Shown piece by piece: positions 26,736 through 39,840 of a stretch of DNA of 64,000 nt (its first letter is position 1; every line of letters begins with the position of its first letter). This stretch comes from Eledone cirrhosa. Taxonomy: Eukaryota. Both the position numbers and the translations under genes were made by a program. The stretch lies in assembly GCA_964016885.1 (NCBI GenBank), contig OZ024740.1, positions 182,032,001-182,096,000 of the forward strand. The letters run 5' to 3'. A model generated the notes under the pieces. The model ran no database searches. It saw nothing but the letters and a program-made list of their open reading frames with translations, and had not been told where the DNA came from.

Positions 26736-26856
26736 TCTCACAAGCTCCGATGAATTGACTGGTTACAACTATGTATTGGTGATCGAATGATGTGAAAACA
26801 AGCAGGCAGCGATCTCTAGACCTACCAGTTCAGAGAAACAATTGTCAGCAATGAGA
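26736..26856 (+). ncRNA. Hammerhead-like ribozyme, CCGAUGA core (family E)
   Basis: tctca caa gct-CCGATGA-a ttga ctggt...accag ttca ga-GAAA-caattg-TC^agc aa tgaga. Confidence 0.55.
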
Positions 26857-26905
26857 TTAAAAACCTTTTTTGTATAGCAAACCGTGTCACTCTTCTTTCC
26901 TGATT

Positions 26906-26986
<81 letters not shown>

Positions 26987-27786
26987 CATACATATATATA
27001 TATATGCTTGTGTGTGTGCATATGTACATATTTATATAGGTGCGTGTGTGTATGTGTATCTGTGTGTGTGTGTGTGTATTTATATATATACATATGTATA
27101 TATAACCCATGCTAGCGTGGAAAATGGACGTTAATCGATGATGATGGATGATGATATATATATAGGTATTATATACATATATATAAAATAGTTGAATTAC
27201 TCAAGTGAATGTCAGGTGTTTTGTCCATCAGGTCTGCACTGGTCTATTGTGGTGTTACAAGCCATCAACTATTCAGCCCTTAGGCTGATATTCTATAAAA
27301 TCTTCCATCTAGATATTTATATTGTTCTTCATCTGTCATCCTTACATTATCACTATTTATTTCTATTTACTCTTTAACTTTTTTTTTATTATAGACTCAA
27401 TATCGTTGAAAATCACAGTAGGCAAGTGAGTGGTATGGGATGCTTGATGTAAATGTCTTGATTGCAACAGCAATAAAATGTAACATTGATGTCATCAGCA
27501 ATAACACTAAAACCATTAGTATGAATTTGAATGATTCAGAATTCTCATATGAAGAGGGTTTGACAGGTAAGAGAGGAATATTGTCTCCGGGCACATTTAT
27601 CCAGTGACATACTTTTCAAGTGTTTTAACTCTCTCTCTCTCTATATATATATATATATGGTAGCGTGGAAAATGGACATTAAATGAAGATGATGATGATG
27701 ATAATATATATATATTTACACACATATATATGTATACATACATACACACATACACGCACATATATATATATATATATGTATATATA

Positions 27787-27976
27787 TAACGAAGGAAATG
27801 TGGTAAGGAACCAGGTGGACCATAACGCACCAAAGTACTCAATACTTGAGGTAGTAGAGTGGGTAATAGGAACCAGTAAGACCCCGACGGCTGAGCTCAA
27901 GCCGTTTCGACGGCTAATTCAAGAGAATTAGCCGTCGAAACGGCTTGAGCTCAGCCGTCGGGGTCTTACTGGTTCC

Positions 27977-27979
<3 letters not shown>
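27787..27979. mobile_element. Fold-back pLTR fragment (family G) with perfect 55-bp hairpin
   Basis: 27866-27920 pairs with 27925-27979 (loop aaga); holds hammerhead 3' half GAAA-cggct tgagctc agccg-TC; inside (TA)n. Confidence 0.8.
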
Positions 27980-28032
<53 letters not shown>

Positions 28033-28159
28033 AAGTTTTATTTAAATTGTTGGGTTAACAACGAGTAAATATTTATAACTGATATAAAAGCACTCAACAA
28101 GTATTTGGAGTATATTTACGATATTAAATAAATGGAAACCATATTTATAAAACCATATT

Positions 28160-28225
28160 TATTTCATTATATATATTTCAGGGATATCATATTAAAAATA
28201 TGTTATGCCTTCTTCAGACAAAATA
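28160..28225 (-). ncRNA. Hammerhead ribozyme in Naiad pLTR
   Basis: Reverse complement of 32723-32788. Confidence 0.7.
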
Positions 28226-29608
28226 CAATATAAACAGTCTTATAAATAGATAGATTCGACATACCTTTCAACTTCGACTTCTATTTGAAAAGTTGATTTG
28301 GTAGTGAAAAAATATTAGGGACAGTTATAAAAAGAAAGAAAGAAAAACGAAGAAAAAGAAGAAATGCATGCAACTAAATAGAGAGAGATAGATATAGAGA
28401 GATAGATAGAAAGAAGAAATTCATGTAAAGAAACAGAGAGAGATATATATAGAGAGAGGAAATAAACACAGAGGGAGATAGATAGAGAGAGAGAGAGAGA
28501 GAAGATAGGAGAGAGAGAGAGAGAAAATATAGAGAGATAGATATAGATAGAGATAGAGAGAAAGAAACTAGGTAATTGGGCACCAGTTGAATGATGTATC
28601 AATGATATATTTATTTATTTATTTATTTATTTAGCTCTAGTATTAATGTAGAGAGAGATATATGTGGTTAAGAGAGAAAACAGCCGTTACATAGAGAGAA
28701 AAGAAAAATATCCAGACAAAAACGAGGCAGATTTAAAACACTATGTTTCATCAATGTAAAAAATATCAATTCGTATAAAACAGGCATTATAATGTAAATA
28801 TCAATATTCATGAATGAGACACGTATCATTAATGTGTGAAAAATAATGATCATATGTCTAGTTTAAAATTCCTAGGTTTATATTAGAGTTGAGTTAAAAT
28901 AGAAGGTTATCCCAGATTTTATACTATATACATCCATGTGAATTTACGTGATCAGCTCTGCAAATTCCTATTTCACACGAAAACGTTCTCATTGTGCTAT
29001 AAAAATTTAAGTATACATATATGTGTACATACACACAAATATATATAGAGTCTACATTAATTTTAACAATACTATTCATGTCTTTACTCTACATGATTAT
29101 CGTTCAAGCACAAATAGAGAACAGATATCAATATATCAATAAAAATATCAGAAACAAAAAGTAAATAAAAAACAAAAAAATAAAAAAAAATAAAAAAAAT
29201 AATCAAAAAAATATTAAAAATAAAAATATTAAAAATATTAAAAATATTAAAATAAAAATAAAACATAGTATGCCCCGCAAATCAACCACAGAGATCAACC
29301 CTTCAAAGTTAATTGAGAATATATTGCCAAGTTCGTTATAAGCATCAGAATCAAAGGCAAACAAAACCAAAAATTATTTACCAAATCCTGTCTAGCAGAA
29401 AACATTCCAAAAGTTTAGGATACCCATTTGATCTACAGATGGTCTTATATTTAATATAGAAGTTTATCTAGTGTCAAATTTATTCGATATATTTGGAGCA
29501 TCAGCTTTTAGGGTAGTTTAATTATTCATGAAGAATATTTAAAAATAAAAAGGAATCGAAAGATTTATCGGCGAGTTTCATAAATAATTATAAATCAAAT
29601 TAAATATA

Positions 29609-30533
29609 CTACATTTTAAATTTATATTTATATTTAAAAGTTGAGTTCAATCTATGTCTGCAGCAACTGAATAAATTTGTCCGTAAATTAAGGGAATTTT
29701 TAGATTTTAGTATAAAGAATATCTCCTCCGCGCAGAGGTCACATGTCTCAGAGGATGAATTAAAAGGAATCCCTCTTGATACTATATTCCAAGCCGTTGA
29801 ATATCCAACGTTATCATGCCTAAGTTGCCAGAGTAGGCCTGATAGTGATGTTGAGGATTTTTTGCTTGGATCTGTGAAAGAATTCTTGTGGTTATTATAG
29901 CGAAGTTTAAATTCTGTCGAGGTGGAACCAACATAGTTAAAAGAATTTAAGTCCGTTTTAACATTACAGTTGTATATTATATTTTTAACTAAGCAATTGT
30001 TATTTAACGGACATTTAGATCTATCTCTACAGTTACATTTGTTAACTTGGATATTATTTATGCTATTATCGGTATTTTGGCTAGGTTTTAAATTCCTATT
30101 ATTTATTCTATTAATATTTTGTGCTAAAATTTTGGTGGATGAGTAGGTTAATTTTATAGTATGTCTATTGAAAATTGAGTGATACTTATGTGTTCTAGGG
30201 AAGCGATTATCAAGAGCATTAAAAAATAGTTTAGCGATGTGGGTTTTAATGTTTAGTGAGAAAGGGGGGGGGGGGGCAAACCATATTATATTCCTAGTTC
30301 TATTTCTTTTTTGGCTTTTGGAATTATTGTAATGCTTTCTATTATAGTTGTTAAAGTTGTTGCCGTAATTAAAATTGTTGTTATTTTGGTTAGTTTGTCT
30401 ATTATTATCTATGTACATAATTTTATCACTATATCCTGCTCTAGCTAACGCTTCATTGTAATACTGGGCTTTTTCGTCGAAAATCTTTTTATTAGATGAG
30501 ATTCTAGAGATACGATTTTGAACAGAGTTTACT
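29609..30533 (-). pseudogene. Naiad linker + GIY-YIG endonuclease (inverted copy)
   Basis: 269-aa ORF with RNIIWFAPP, CNC-x5-CPL..CL, IIY..YVGST, CDLC..E, LN.R..CCRH. Confidence 0.9.
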
Positions 30534-32722
30534 GGAATTCTTTAAGATTTCTTCCTCTTTAAAAGACATACCTCTACCTAGAAACAAAGACTTTATTAAA
30601 CAATTAATAGATAAATCTGACTCTTTTATAAGGAGAATCAGGTGGCGGGCATTCCACTTTGATAAATCTAATATAAATGAAAATGTCTCGGACTTAGACA
30701 AAGTTTTCAAATCTAAAAGAAATCCACCCCCCAACAAACTTTTATTTGACTTTGAAAACGATATAATTAACCTACTCATCCACCAAAAATTTAGCACAAA
30801 ATATTCATAGAATAAATAATAGGAATTTAAAACCTAGCCAAAATACCGATAATAGCATAAATAATATCCAAGTTAACAAATGTAACTGTAGAGATAGATC
30901 TAAATGTCCGTTAAATAACAATTGCTTAGTTAAAAATATAATATACAACTGTAATGTTAAAACGGACTTAAATTCTTTTAACTATGTTGGTTCCACCTCG
31001 ACAGAATTTAAACTTCGCTATAATAACCACAAGAATTCTTTCACAGATCCAAGCAAAAAATCCTCAACATCTCTATCAGGCCTACTCTGGCAACTTAGGC
31101 ATGATAACGTTGGATATTCAACGGCTTGGAATATAGTCTCAAGAGGGATTCCTTTTAATTCCTCCTCTGAGACATGTGACCTCTGCGCGGAGGAGATATT
31201 CTTTATACTAAAATCTAAAAATTCCCTTAATTTACGGACAAATTTATTCAGTTGCTGCAGACATAGATTGAACTCATCTTTTAAATATAAATATAAATTT
31301 AAAATGTAGTATATTTAATTTGATTTATAATTATTTATGAAACTCGCCGATAAATCTTTCGATTCCTTTTTATTTTTAAACATTCTTCATGAATAATTAA
31401 ACTACCCTAAAAGCTGATGCTCCAAATATATCGAATAAATTTTACACTAGATAAACTTCTATATTAAATATAAGACCATCTGTAGATCAAATGGGTATCC
31501 TAAACTTTTGGAATGTTTTCTGCTAGACAGGATTTGGTAAATAATTTTTGGTTTTGTTTGCTTTTGATTCTGATGCTTATAACGAACTTGGCAATATATT
31601 GTCAATTAACTTTGAAGGGTTGATCTCTGTGGTTGATTTGCGGGGCATACTATGTTTTATTTTTATTTTAATATTTTTAATATTTTTAATATTTTTAATA
31701 TTTTTATTTTTAATATTTTTTTGATTATTTTTTTGATTTTTTTGATATTTTTTTTATTTTTATTTTATTTTTTTGTTTTTTATTTACTTTTTGTTTCTGA
31801 TATTTTTATTGATATATTGATATCTGTTCTCTATTTGTGCTTGAACGATAATCATGTAGAGTAAAGACATGAATAGTATTATTAAAATTAATGTAGACTC
31901 TATATATATTTGTGTGTATGTACACATATATGTATACTTAAATTTTTATAGCACAATGAGAATGTTTTCGTGTGAAATAGGAATTTGCAGAGCTGATCAC
32001 GTAAATTCACATGGATGTATATAGTATAAAATCTGGGATAACCTTCTATTTTAACTCAACTCTAATATAAACCTAGGAATTTTAAACTAGACATATGATC
32101 ATTATTTTTCACACATTATTGATACGTGTCTCATTCATGAATACTGATATTTACATTATAATGCCTGTTTTATACGAATTGATATTTTTTACATTGATGA
32201 AACATAGTGTTTTAAATCTGCCTCGTTTTTGTCTGGATATTTTTCTTTTCTCTCTATGTAACGGCTGTTTTCTCTCTTAACCACATATATCTCTCTCTAC
32301 ATTAATACTAGAGCTAAATAAATAAATAAATAAATAAATAAATATATCATTGATACATCATTCAACTGGTGCCCAACTACCTAGTTTCTTTCTCTCTATC
32401 TCTATCTATATCTATCTCTATATATTTTCTCTCTCTCTCTCCTCTCTTCTCTCTCTCTCTCTCTATCTATCTCCCTCTGTGTTTTTTTCCTCTCTCTATA
32501 TATATCTCTCTCTGTTTCTTTACATGAATTTCTTCTCTCTATCTATCTCTCTATATCTATCTCTCTCTATTTAGTTGCATGCATTTCTTCTTTTTCTTCG
32601 TTTTTCTTTCTTTCTTTTTATAACTGTCCCTAATATTTTTTCACTACCAAATCAACTTTTCAAATAGAAGTCGAAGTTGAAAGGTATGTCGAATCTATCT
32701 ATTTATAAGACTGTTTATATTG

Positions 32723-32788
32723 TATTTTGTCTGAAGAAGGCATAACATATTTTTAATATGATATCCCTGAAATATATATAATGAAATA
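32723..32788 (+). ncRNA. Hammerhead ribozyme in Naiad pLTR
   Basis: tattttgt-CTGAAGA-agg...cct-GAAA-t atat a-TA^atgaaata; 8-bp stem I with 2 G-U pairs; palindromic stem III loop. Confidence 0.7.
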
Positions 32789-32967
32789 AATATGGTTTTA
32801 TAAATATAGTTTCCATTTATTTAATATCGTAAATATACTCCAAATACTTGTTGAGTGCTTTTATATCAGTTATAAATATTTACTCGTTGTTAACCCAACA
32901 ATTTAAATAAAACTTTGCATATATCTTGCTCCAATACTGTTGAGCGCTTTATATTATAACTGAAAAA

Positions 32968-35167
32968 ATGGAATTCTTTAAGATTTCTTCCTCTTTAAAA
33001 GACATACCTTTACCTAGAAACAAAGACTTTATTAAACAATTAATAGATAAATCTGACTCTTTTATATCTATTAATTGTTTAATAAAGTCTTTGTTTCTAG
33101 GTAGAGGTATGTCTTTTAAAGAGGAAGAAATCCACCCCCAACAAACTTTTATTTGACTTTGAAAACGATATAATTTCTATCATACAAGGAGTCAAATTCA
33201 AGAGAAACTTCAAAGGCCAGGAATATCTGAAATGCATTAAAGGATAATATTGAGAGCTTAGAGAAAACTGAGAAGATCTTGGTGAAATCTGACAAGACCA
33301 ACAACCTCTATGGAGTGCAAAAAGACATGTATAATGGCCTAATACTGAAAGATCTGAGGAAAAAGTACAAGGTAGCAGATAAGGCCGAGCTTGAGAAAAT
33401 GAATGTTGAGGCATCTTGTATAATGCATGAGTTGGAAATTCAGAACAGAACACAACCTTTCGTGCCCAGGAAACCGAAGATCAATATGAAAGATCACAAA
33501 AGTAATTTTGAAAATGACCTGCCGGTCAGATTGATTGCACCATCAAAATCGGACCTGGGTAAACTAAGCAAAAACATTCTAGACAGGGTGATACAGCAAA
33601 TTAAAAACTTGAATTGTATACCTAACTTGAGCTTGTGGAACGGAACTGGAGAGGTTGTTGAGTGGTTTAAAGAAATTAAATATAACAATAATAATAAGTT
33701 TATTCAACTAGATATCGCTAACTATTATTCATCTATTACCCCTAATCTACTAAATAAGGGACTAAATTACACCGCATTCAAACATACAGACCTAACTAGC
33801 AATGAAATGCACATTATATTATCGGCTAGGAAAACACTGATAGAATTTAATGACCAACTATGGACCAGAGCAGATAGAGATAACAATTTCGACATTACTA
33901 TGGGATCATCCGACTCAGCTCAGGTTACTGACCTTGTGGGCCTATTTTTAATCAATTCGCTGCATAGGAAAATACCCGGTGCTACCGGAGGTTTATATAG
34001 AGATGACATGCTTTTACTTATTGAAAATAATAACTCTGAACTAAATAGAAAAAGAAAACAAATTACACAATTTTTTAATTACTTTAATCTAAAAATAGAA
34101 ATTGAGAATAACCATAGAATAGTCAATTTCCTAGATGTAACATTAAATCTCAACACATGTCTTCACTATCCATTTCACAAGTTGAATGAAAACTTAAACT
34201 ATGTCAGCTTTAACTCTAACCACCCCAGATCTGTTAAAAATACTATAGTAAACTCTGTTCAAAATCGTATCTCTAGAATCTCATCTAATAAAAAGATTTT
34301 CGACGAAAAAGCCCAGTATTACAATGAAGCGTTAGCTAGAGCAGGATATAGTGATAAAATTATGTACATAGATAATAATAGACAAACTAACCAAAATAAC
34401 AACAATTTTAATTACGGCAACAACTTTAACAACTATAATAGAAAGCATTACAATAATTCCAAAAGCCAAAAAAGAAATAGTACTAGGAATATAATATGGT
34501 TTGCCCCCCCCCCTTTCTCACTAAACATTAAAACCCACATCGCTAAACTATTTTTAATGCTCTTGATAATCGCTTCCCTAGAACACATAAGTATCACTCA
34601 ATTTTCAATAGACATACTATAAAATTAACCTACTCATCCACCAAAAATTTAGCACAAAATATTAATAGAATAAATAATAGGAATTTAAAACCTAGCCAAA
34701 ATACCGATAATAGCATAAATAATATCCAAGTTAACAAATGTAACTGTAGAGATAGATCTAAATGTCCGTTAAATAACAATTGCTTAGTTAAAAATATAAT
34801 ATACAACTGTAATGTTAAAACGGACTTAAATTCTTTTAACTATGTTGGTTCCACCTCGACAGAATTTAAACTTCGCTATAATAACCACAAGAATTCTTTC
34901 ACAGATCCAAGCAAAAAATCCTCAACATCACTATCAGGCCTACTCTGGCAACTTAGGCATGATAACGTTGGATATTCAACGGCTTGGAATATAGTCTCAA
35001 GAGGGATTCCTTTTAATTCATCCTCTGAGACATGTGACCTCTGCGCGGAGGAGATATTCTTTATACTAAAATCTAAAAATTCCCTTAATTTACGGACAAA
35101 TTTATTCAGTTGCTGCAGACATAGATTGAACTCAACTTTTAAATATAAATATAAATTTAAAATGTAG
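32968..35167 (+). pseudogene. Naiad PLE ORF: RT + GIY-YIG endonuclease
   Basis: SDKTNNLY, KDHK, RLI, LDIANYYSSI, FDITMGSSDSAQ, GLYRDD, NFLDV, SNHP, C-terminal GIY-YIG; fold-back at 33066-33132 and frameshifts near 33230 and 34555. Confidence 0.93.
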
Positions 35168-36410
35168 TATATTTAATTTGATTTATAATTATTTATGAAA
35201 CTCGCCGATAAATCTTTCGATTCCTTTTTTTTTTAAACATTCTTCATGAATAATTAAACTACCCTAAAAGCTGATGCTCCAAATATATCGAATAAATTTT
35301 ACACTAGATAAACTTCTATATTAAATATAAGACCATCTGTAGATCAAATGGGTATCCTAAACTTTTGGAATGTTTTCTGCTAGACAGGATTTGGTAAATA
35401 ATTTTTGGTTTTGTTTGCTTTTGATTCTGATGCTTATAACGAACTTAGCAATATATTGTCAATTAACTTTGAAGGGTTGATCTCTGTGGTTGATTTGCGG
35501 GGCATACTATGTTTTATTTTTATTTTAATATTTTTAATATTTTTAATATTTTTATTTTTAATATTTTTTTGATTATTTTTTTTATTTTTTTTTATTTTTT
35601 TGTTTTTTATTTACTTTTTGTTTCTGATATTTTTATTGATATATTGATATCTGTTCTCTATTTGTGCTTGAACGATAATCATGTAGAGTAAAGACATGAA
35701 TAGTATTGTTAAAATTAATGTAGACTATATATATATTTGTGTGTATGTACACATATATGTATACTTAAATTTTTATAGCACAATGAGAATGTTTTCGTGT
35801 GAAATAGGAATTTGCAGAGCTGATCACGTAAATTCACATGGATGTATATAGTATAAAATCTGGGATAACCTATTTTAACTCAACTCTAATATAAACCTAG
35901 GAATTTTAAACTAGACATATGATCATTATTTTTCACACATTATTGATACGTGTCTCATTCATGAATACTGATATTTACATTATAATGCCTGTTTTATACG
36001 AATTGATATTTTTTACATTGATGAAACATAGTGTTTTAAATCTGCCTCGTTTTTGTCTGGATATTTTTCTTTTCTCTCTATGTAACGGCTGTTTTCTCTC
36101 TTAACCACATATATCTCTCTCTACATTAATACTAGAGCTAAATAAATAAATATATTATTGATACATCATTCAACTGGTGCCCAACTACCTAGTTTCTTTC
36201 TCTCTATCTCTATCTATATCTATCTCTCTATATTTTCTCTCTCTCTCTCCTCTCTTCTCTCTCTCTCTCTCTATCTATCTCCCTCTGTGTTTTTTTCCTC
36301 TCTCTATATATATCTCTCTCTGTTTCTTTACATGAATTTCTTCTCTCTATCTATCTCTCTATATCTATCTCTCTCTATTTAGTTGCATGCTTTTCCATTT
36401 ATTTAATATC

Positions 36411-36472
<62 letters not shown>

Positions 36473-38121
36473 CCAGTCACTCTCTCTCAGCTGGCCTCTT
36501 CCTCACCCTTTCACTCACTCACTCTCTGCTTCTCCCTCTCTCTCACTTCCTCCCGTTTGACCTGTGTGAAATCCTTTTCTCACTCACATCTCGCCCAGGT
36601 CGGATGGTCTTTACCTCTCGTCTATGATTTCACCGAGCTTAAGTTCATAGATATCACGGACTTGTCTCTTCTCTTCCTCTCTTTCCGTTGCATTACCATC
36701 TTTGTTTGTTTACATGTCTCGCTTGCTTCACCCTATTTTACGTGTCCCAATAACTTTCTTTAGTTATTGCTCGCACCAACCAGAGGTATATGATCTTTAA
36801 AGCGAAGAAATATCAATGAAGGTTGGAAGATCACTGATGAAGGACTAATTTTAGTCATATATATATATCATGTGTTGCAGTATTTCAAGCAACATGTTTT
36901 TATATAGTAGAATTTGTAGTCATTGCAGATGCGTTCTGTTCTTACTAAAGTTCAGTATGCCGGAAAAGAAGATAAAATGAAATATATTCGAAATGAACTG
37001 ACAAAAAACAAAACGAGATAAAAGTTGTTGAAAGAGTGTACATTTTACTGTTTGTTTAAGTATGTGGGGGATGTATGCATAGGAATCTGGGGAAATAGAT
37101 GTGTATGTTGGTGTAGTAATCAGCGTTGTTCATTCTGATTAATGATGTGAATGTGGGGTAGAAAAAGAGAAATAAAATGAAGTATGCATTAATATGTTTC
37201 CATGAGTTCAGGCCATTCCCATGGTTTATGGGACATGTTCAATTTCTACCAAAATGTGCTTCTGTAAATCGGAAGTTTACCCCCACCTTTATTTTCTACA
37301 AATATTTTTGTTGTAATAGCTCCTCCACACACTTCTTTTTGTGTGAACACAGAGTTTAGAGGTGTTGTTTTTGTGGCTGTGTTCCAGAGCTCTGCCATAA
37401 AACAGCAGCTAGAACCACTACTGCAATAACAACACAGAACCACATAACCATTCTTGCATTCATTGAAATGGTCTCAGGGGAAATTCACTCTTTTAGCAGT
37501 GAAAGCATGTAGTACGTTATAAGATTTCTAGCATTGTGGTGGTAAAAGTTATACATAGTAGTTTTCATTTAAATAAAATTCCCGATCCTGCTAAATAAGA
37601 AATATGAACACAATAATGCAATTATATATGAGAATTGAAAACAGAAATAGATAACAGAACAGAACAAGACCAAATATCTTTATAAATAGAAAACCAGTAC
37701 AGAAACTACTAAAGCAAATAATCAGCTAAAAAGCTCCAGGCCTCATTACGGTTCAATAATGCTCTCACATTTGATGAGATATCTTATGCCATTGTGCATG
37801 ACAACAAGGATAACTTACCTTATATAGAAAGATGAAGGCACATGGCACTTAATGGTTAAGATGTTAAGGGTTCTATTCCCAGTTCAGCTGGTGATGTTGT
37901 GTTCTTGAGAAGATCACTTTATTTCACACTGCCAAAGTTCATTCAGGAAAAAATGAGTACCGCTAACAGTAGCAACAACAGCTAGAGGTTAGCCCTGTGA
38001 TGGAGGGACCTCTTGTACTCTCAGTTGCTTTACGCCTCATGAAATTGAGTTGAGTTCAGGCTTTCATCCAGCCAATGCAAGCAGGAAACATCAGACATAA
38101 AACCAACGACTCTCTTTCCCC

Positions 38122-38425
38122 TTCTTCTTCTTCTTCTTCTTCTTCTTCTTCTTCCACATTCCAGTGGGTCCTGTCAGAAGCAACAGTCTCTACTTGATCT
38201 GGCTGGATCCCAAAGCATGAGCAGTCAAGCTCATGGATGTTATTTAAACATTTTGCTCGAGGTCTACCTCTGGGTCTTCTGCCAGTTAGTTATGCCCATA
38301 AAATCTATCCAGTTTTCTTTCCTGAGATATTCTAACCATAATAGTGAGCTGTGATTTTTCAATTTGGAGAGGTAACCGCTCCATCTGGAGTGACTGTGAT
38401 CTCTGAGCAATACACTCTATCTTTC
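38122..38425 (-). mobile_element. Old Expander/Rex3-like RTE 3' end
   Basis: (TTC)n tail and GRRPRGRP-like remnant; similar piece at 40681-40868. Confidence 0.55.
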
Positions 38426-38680
38426 CCATTCTCACACAAAAAAATTAGCTAATAGAATTTTATGAATGAGAACATTATAGTTATATTGCCTGTTGTTGGA
38501 GCAGTCCCCATTGTACAAAAAGGTTATGTAATTAAAAATTGTTTATCCCCAGATCAGCCCTGATCGAGCAAAGAGATGGTCAGTGATATTCCAGTTATCA
38601 TTTATATATTGTCTGCATTTTTTAATACTAGAGTGTGTTTTGAATGGAATCGGGATGTCTTACAACATAAAAGTCCAAAT

Positions 38681-39578
38681 ATCATCATCATCATTTTACA
38701 TCCACTTTTTCCTGCTTGCAAGGGTGGGATGGGTCTTATTCAGCACAGCATCTCTCCACTTGTCACGGTCCTTCGTCATCTCCAATGTGAGCTTCTGTGA
38801 TCTGAGGTCTGTTCTCACCACCTCCGCTCATGTTTTTCATGGTCTATCTCTACCACGTCTTCCTTCAACTGGCATTTCTTCACCCATCTGTCATCCTCCA
38901 TGCGCATCACATGTCCATACCACCTCAGTCTCCTCTCTCACACACCACATTCTATCCCTCACAGACACAGTTTCTCTATCAACACATTTATGCTGGGTTG
39001 TTCACGCACATTGATATTGTACATCCAATGGAGCATGTTTGCCTCATTTCTCTCCAGCCGTCGCATATCTTCTGCAGTTGCTGCCCATGTCTCACTATCA
39101 TGCAGCATCGCACTCCTCACACAGACATCATATAACCGGCCTTTGATACGCAGGGTGAAACCCTTCTTCATCAACAGAGGAAGCAGCTCCCTAAACTTCT
39201 TCCAACACGTCCTTATTCTAGATACTATGGCCTCGGAACACCCTCCTCCCATGCTAATCTGATCTCCTAGGTACCGGAACCTATCCACCACTTCTATAGC
39301 ACCTACCTGCATTTGAAAAATGTGTCTATCAATGCGACTTCTACTGTCTAATTTCCCTGTACATCTACTGCATACGTATTTCTCCCTACCTGTTAGTTTG
39401 TAGTTTGCCTGCTATCCCACTACATCTCTTGTGTACCCAGGAACTGCATTGTGTGCATTTTATAGAATTTATGCCAGTTCCTTTTCTGCATATCGAACAT
39501 CGCCATTTCCCTGGTGGAATCAGATTTTTGTCCTCTTTTCTACTCATCAACACTTTTGTCTTAGCTAGGTTCACTCTC
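38681..39578 (-). mobile_element. 5'-truncated RTE copy, same family as 21390-24820
   Basis: High identity to about 23920-24820, intact CSIC/CTQC/HKRC, (CAT)n tail. Confidence 0.92.
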
Positions 39579-39651
39579 ATATATGATACTATAAAATATT
39601 TAGTCCATTAATCCTACTTTTTATCTCCCTTGGCTACTTTCATTATCATAA

Positions 39652-39840
39652 GGGCGGTGGATTGGCAGTATCGGTAGAGGGTCAGACGCCGTGCTTTGCA
39701 GCATAGTTACGTCCCTTTATGATCTGAGTTCCAATCCCGCCGAGGTTGACTTTGCCTTTCATCCTTACGGGGTAGATAAAATAAAGTACCAGTAATGCAC
39801 TGGGTAATTGCTGGCCTTGTGCCTAAAGTAGAAACAATTA
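39652..39840 (+). mobile_element. Full-length Nin/Deu-like tRNA SINE with TSD
   Basis: A/B boxes; ATTATCATAA at 39642-51 and 39837-46. Confidence 0.85.

Larger units (their letters stand above)
18839..26908 (-). mobile_element. Naiad-type PLE with 5' inversion, disrupted by nested insertions
   Basis: pLTR 19007-19437 is the reverse complement of 26552-26908; RT/GIY-YIG coding on minus at 25114-26546; both ends in (TA)n. Confidence 0.7.
28028..36412. mobile_element. Young Naiad PLE partial tandem/inverted array
   Basis: Minus 3' part 28028-30533; internally deleted plus copy 30533-32921; near-complete plus copy 32922-36412; near-identical copies; (TA)n on both flanks. Confidence 0.92.
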
